A stretch of DNA of 64,000 nt, taken from NCBI RefSeq assembly GCF_964355755.1, contig NC_092671.1, positions 8,184,001 to 8,248,000 of the forward strand. Reading direction: 5' to 3'. The stretch's first letter is position 1. Each line of letters starts with the position of its first letter. The notes under the pieces were generated by a model. That model was not told where the DNA came from and did not search any database. It worked only from the letters and a program-made list of their open reading frames with translations. A program made the translations under genes and the position numbers. This DNA comes from Antedon mediterranea. Its lineage: Eukaryota > Animalia > Echinodermata. Positions 63,101 through 64,000 of this stretch are shown here, in pieces.

Positions 63101-63431
63101 ATGAAATTAATGTAGTGCTGCCTTGACTTCACCTCTACCTTAAAGCTGTTGCTTGCTGTATCATAGTTGCGGATCTTGATAACTTCAAGGGTTTGGCGGT
63201 CATATGACAGGAACATGTTACGCGGCAGCTTCCCTTTATCTTCAAGATCTAGCAGTAAGTTTGATGTCTTCTCACGAATCTTTACACGACGAAACCACTT
63301 AATATCACTTGCTTCATGCTCGCCATTAACGTTGATCTTTAGAACAGCCTTTGCACCAATCTTCTTGGTCAGGTGACATGTTGAAGTGTTGTTTATGTAC
63401 TGGTCACAATGATCAGCAGATACTTTGATAG
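44059..63431 (-). CDS. Large predicted GPI-anchored Ig/LamG(pentraxin-like)/EGF/Sushi mosaic protein, at least 23 exons, about 1355 aa in window, start not identified
   Basis: Phase-consistent exons: 63431-63081, 61323-61066, 59721-59607, 59350-59178, 58380-58186, 57407-57290, 57042-56797, 56057-55897, 54448-54188, 53715-53572, 53129-52983, 52239-52123, 51913-51794, 51277-51072, 50499-50337, 50039-49788, 49362-49237, 48099-47806, 46563-46444, 45721-45599, 45134-44931, 44342-44318, 44206-44059. All GT-AG; total 4067 nt. Confidence 0.85.
45599..49362 (-). CDS. Mosaic gene: cbEGF, cbEGF+Sushi/CCP, cbEGF, cbEGF (4 exons)
   Basis: [12 protein letters not shown]...YKCVC (not in ORF track); [11 protein letters not shown]...then CPLL...[30 protein letters not shown] (Sushi); [11 protein letters not shown]; [11 protein letters not shown]. 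Confidence 0.92.
49788..51277 (-). CDS. Mosaic gene: second copy of the atypical Ig-like pair (3 exons)
   Basis: Exons join in phases 1-0, 0-1, 1-1 and share motifs with the two N-terminal exons (DVVW, FYKVEV, ELGPK, VATRLF). Confidence 0.75.
50705..51030 (+). mobile_element. Deu/Nin-domain SINE
   Basis: gactataaaccgtaggtcc...ttaaagaacc...cgagtagtgggttactccggtgt resembles the Deu domain of AmnSINE1 (from memory); degenerate tRNA head and hairpin plus (AAT)n tail. Confidence 0.65.
51794..54448 (-). CDS. Mosaic gene: Ig domain, acidic linker, two EGF and one calcium-binding EGF (5 exons)
   Basis: GENLKLTC...LRW...FTC; [13 protein letters not shown]...[13 protein letters not shown]; [12 protein letters not shown]...[13 protein letters not shown]; [28 protein letters not shown]. 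Confidence 0.9.
52590..52729. mobile_element. MITE family A copy
   Basis: agctttgtctacactgtcaaact ... agtttgatagtgtagacagagctt. Confidence 0.85.
53908..54058. mobile_element. MITE family A copy (opposite internal orientation)
   Basis: aagctctgtctacactatcaaact ... gcttgatagtgtagacaaagctt. Confidence 0.85.
55897..58380 (-). CDS. Mosaic gene: LamG/pentraxin-like (concanavalin A fold) domain (4 exons)
   Basis: HHWNLN...DLVTG; [20 protein letters not shown]; WQFLVITWS...VFVNG; FVLG...[15 protein letters not shown]. This pattern is typical of the ADGRD1/GPR133-type pentraxin domain. Confidence 0.85.
56174..56741. mobile_element. Cluster of three MITE family A copies (56174-56337, 56345-56497, 56598-56741)
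   Basis: The same TIRs occur three times within one 739-bp intron. Confidence 0.88.
58657..58819 (-). mobile_element. tRNA(Gly)-derived SINE, second copy
   Basis: Reverse complement aligns with 3849-4020 (gagttgtggc...ggttcaagtcctgtca...aactccactcccaaagacttgtaataagactttgtttatgtagagcat). Confidence 0.85.
59178..63431 (-). CDS. Mosaic gene: three N-terminal Ig-like domains (4 exons)
   Basis: IKWFRR...TLEV; IDWYIEG...[16 protein letters not shown]; LVWYKD...[16 protein letters not shown]. Ig C-strand Trp in all three and F-strand YxC in two; B-strand Cys absent. Confidence 0.8.
62726..63030 (-). mobile_element. CORE-type tRNA SINE with L2-like tail
   Basis: Minus strand: tggcgtagcg A box, gggttcgaatcc B box, tccttgggcaagacaatttac...cctctct CORE-like motif, tail agcgc...gcgctttattaat...(tat)n. 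Confidence 0.75.
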
Positions 63432-63589
63432 CTAATAAAGAAAAGTGTATATAACGACAAGTCATAGTACGACCCCATCCATAAGCATGTCCAAACAACC
63501 AAGCAAATCATCATTTAGAAAGTTAAAAAAAAAAGAAGTTAGAGTAGGCATAGCTAGATGTTATTCTATTCAACATGATACTTCCTATA

Positions 63590-63970
63590 ATACTAGGCCT
63601 ACTATTATCATCATATTACACCCACTATTATATTAAGTCTATTAAATGGCTAGGCCTAACCTCTAGGCTACGTCGACTGTGTAGCAGGTCCTCCTTCCAT
63701 TAGTATGTTAGTGTTACTAAAACAGTCTACTCTGATCTGTACTAGAACTACTAGCCTAGTAGTAGTAGTACTACTAGACTACAGGGTAGTCTACTAGGCC
63801 TACTACTACTAGATGAGGATGAGGCCTAGCCTTGCTGTGCCAGTAGTAGGTAGGAGTAGTAGTTTCATACAAGCGCGCCCAGCGGGTAGACCTAGACTAG
63901 TAGTAGTAAAATATATGTAACCTAGGCTAGGCTAAAAGTATACACTAGGCTAGGCCCTAACTAGGCCTAT
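63590..63970. repeat. Low-complexity TAG/CTA/TAGGCCTA-rich tract
   Basis: Dense tagtagtag, ctactact, taggccta and ctaggcta words just upstream of the first visible exon of the mosaic gene. Confidence 0.8.
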
Positions 63971-64000
63971 TTATATTTTATTTAGAAAGAGAGGTTTTTA

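Noticed and set aside
63432-63514. Start of the mosaic gene (MTCRYIHFSLL in frame, or MMICLVVWTCLWMG upstream)
   Set aside because: The first overlaps a clear polypyrimidine acceptor and is a weak signal peptide; the second has no phase-compatible donor and would need an intron of about 40 bp.

Overview
AT-rich, intron-rich invertebrate animal DNA, probably an echinoderm judging from the Hox1 homeodomain ending MKEKKKMKE and the SINE types (inference). It holds three genes, reconstructed by hand from splice sites and intron phases. (1) Hox1/labial on +: 2 exons, 323 aa, with a 15.5-kb intron between hexapeptide and homeodomain. This looks like the 3' end of a Hox locus. (2) A convergent minus-strand gene for a membrane-anchored relative of the vertebrate sperm zona-pellucida-binding proteins ZPBP1/2: Ig + Sp38 + Cys-rich repeat + TM + 360-aa cytoplasmic tail with an 8-aa repeat and FPPPP/polyproline motifs. 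It has a GC-AG intron and an unresolved 5' end. (3) Directly upstream on the same strand, a gene of at least 23 exons and about 1350 aa for a predicted GPI-anchored Ig/LamG-pentraxin/EGF/Sushi protein. It carries an internally duplicated atypical Ig-pair module and a 25-nt microexon that selects the C-terminal reading frame. The best candidate for an undescribed system is this two-gene surface-receptor cassette next to Hox1, possibly for gamete recognition; vertebrate ZPBP paralogues lie on the HOXA and HOXB chromosomes. Non-coding features include several MITE and SINE families, tandem duplications, a perfect DR5, Pbx/Hox/Meis motifs, an orphan exon, and a strong regional excess of the palindrome TAGGCCTA. 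All homology calls come from recalled family motifs, not from searches.
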